Origin: Mytilus trossulus
Taxonomy: Eukaryota
DNA length: 64,000 nucleotides
NCBI RefSeq assembly: GCF_036588685.1
Contig: NC_086374.1
Span: 38,006,001 to 38,070,000 of the forward strand
Reading direction: 5' to 3'
Shown: positions 62,201 to 64,000 of the stretch, in pieces
Layout of the letters: every line of letters begins with the position of its first letter
Position numbering within the stretch: position 1 is the first letter of the stretch
Notes under the pieces: model-generated
The model's input: the letters and a program-made list of their open reading frames with translations, nothing else
Told to the model about the DNA's origin: nothing
Database searches by the model: none
Position numbers and translations under genes: made by a program

Positions 62201-63260
62201 ACTCCATAATGACGCCGTTTGACGCCTGTGTAGTACCTCAGTTGAAACACTTTGACTACAAAGTGTCTGGAGTAGACTAAATAAAATTTGTATCCAATAT
62301 GAAAAGGAATATCATAAGAATATCTGACTTAAATTTATTTGATGAAATATTTGTTTTTCACAATGCATTGATACTTTAAAGCATATTATCAGAATTTTAT
62401 TGAAAAATCCTATGCGAATCAAGTATGCAAAAAAAAAATTCAATGGAGGAAAGGGTTAATCTGAATTTCCCCCTTTTTGTTTGACCAGTATATTTGAGTG
62501 ATGAGTCAACAGTAGTGTTAAAACTTTGACTTTTTTTTTTATAATTGTGGACTAACCATGGTCAAAATTAAGAGTCCAGTCACAAGAGTCACTGGACTCT
62601 TCTGAAAGAAATCTGGTACCTTATACTTTTCCTTTAAGTCCAAATTGAAAAAGAAATAGCTACAACATTTCTACAAGGTTGTCTAGTTAGCTGACTCATA
62701 TACCTTTGGTCAGACAAGCAAATAAGGTCAGTAAAAGTAGACAAAAATTCAGCAGAAAACCACATAGATAAAATCAACTTTCTTTGAAATATTATAAAAT
62801 TGAGAAAGGAAATGGTGAATGTGTCAAAGCGACAACAACCCAACCATAGAGCAGACAACAGTCTATTTACCTTTGATGAACTATTGGTACCAGTCTATGT
62901 GATGTGACTTATGTTAGATATTCTTTTTTATTTCATGAATGTTGAGCAATACATTTTAATATTGTGATTGAATTAATCTATGGAAACATCTTGACTTTCT
63001 TGTTATATATACATGTCTCTATATGTTTTGATTATGTTCCCAGTTGTACTATCTTCTTTCTAAAGTTGTGAACATTACGCTAAGATTATTTGTACATTTT
63101 AGTTTTGTAGAAAACATTTAATATTATGTAAGTTTTATTTTACAGATGCACCAAATGTGAGAATGAAGATGATTTGAGAACTTATGTTAAGTCCAAGCTA
63201 TCAATGTTTCAGGAGACCTTTGGGGTTGTGCTGTATTTATATTCCATAATATTAACTAAG
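59264..63260 (+). CDS. MINDY3: Ubiquitin carboxyl-terminal hydrolase MINDY-3 (FAM188A), first 4 exons; gene continues beyond the window
   Basis: Exons 59264-59369 (IIWGTDIKDEVFKRWTQG), 60375-60518 (FVFSEDEPTALVQFDGGPCAVIAPVQ, catalytic Cys motif), 61645-61873 and 63146-63260 (FGVVLYLYSIILTK); GT-AG with consistent phases. Confidence 0.93.
61273..61313 (+). ncRNA. Penelope-type minimal hammerhead ribozyme motif in MINDY3 intron 2
   Basis: gccgc-CTGAAGA-ttaccagaaggcat-GAAA-GCGC-TA-gtgac; core intact, palindromic stem III, imperfect stems I and II. Confidence 0.55.
62160..62455. mobile_element. piggyBac-like MITE in MINDY3 intron 3
   Basis: 13-bp TIR CCCTTTCCTCCAT...ATGGAGGAAAGGG; TTAA on the right flank, TTAAAA on the left. 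Confidence 0.7.
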
Positions 63261-64000
63261 GTGTGTCTCTTACATATACTAGTATTCTGATATTTATATT
63301 CCATTTTGTTATTCAGGTTTTTAAGAAATTTTCTCTTTCCGCTAAAACTTGTTCAGTGGCCTATTATAGCTGACTATGTAGTATGGGTTTTGCTCATTGT
63401 TGAAGGCTTTACATGTAACCTATAGTTGTCAATTATTGTGTCATTTGGTTTCTTGTGGAGAGTTGTTTCATTGGCCATCATACCGCATCTTCTTCTTTTT
63501 TATAAAAGTATGTTCTTTGTTAGTACTAAACATGTATCACACATGTTCCTGACTTTTCCTGTTTAAATATGGTGTATTGATTGTGAGATGAATGAATTGG
63601 TCGAAATCTTTATGAAAAACTGCCCTTGTTGAAACCAAGATTTGTCCTTACACAAACATCCTGAAATAATGATTCATTCAGATTACTCACTTTGCTTTCA
63701 AGGAAGTTTTCTGTAAAAAAATTTGTTTGAATACTTAAAATTTCAAGGAGTTATCTCTCATATATTTCATTTCTTGTGAAAATAGTGTTTGATTGTATAT
63801 AGCTTTGGTATTTGAATTGATTTGAGTGGTATCTTTACATCTTTACGAAATATTTTTCACATCAAATTTCCAATATAGATGTAATATGTCCAGATTGACA
63901 TAAAAAAAATTTGGTGTTCACTGTTGGCATTTTTAGTTGAATCATTATGATTAGAAGTATTTTCAAAGAAACAGTCATATAGTGTTGTGATTTCTATACA

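Overview
AT-rich eukaryotic genomic DNA, probably from a mollusc. The repeat families and hammerhead-bearing elements resemble those of mytilid mussels; this is an inference. Three spliced genes could be rebuilt exon by exon with matching phases: a complete CREB gene on the minus strand (6 coding exons, 280 aa, CRE-rich promoter), a complete LCMT2/TYW4 gene on the minus strand (15 exons, 861 aa), and the 5' part of MINDY3/FAM188A on the plus strand, head-to-head with LCMT2. Between CREB and LCMT2 lies a cluster of intronless, divergent nAChR-like Cys-loop receptor genes: one pseudogene and two intact tandem duplicates. The intact pair lacks most of the acetylcholine-binding signature. Its differences are concentrated in the ligand-binding domain, while the intracellular region is nucleotide-identical. 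Other notable features are an in-frame 75-bp tandem repeat that multiplies an LCMT2 splice donor, five minimal hammerhead ribozyme motifs (including one retrozyme-like unit nested antisense in another), and many MITEs with clear TIRs/TSDs, LINE remnants and SINE/HINE copies. All alignments and counts were done by eye.
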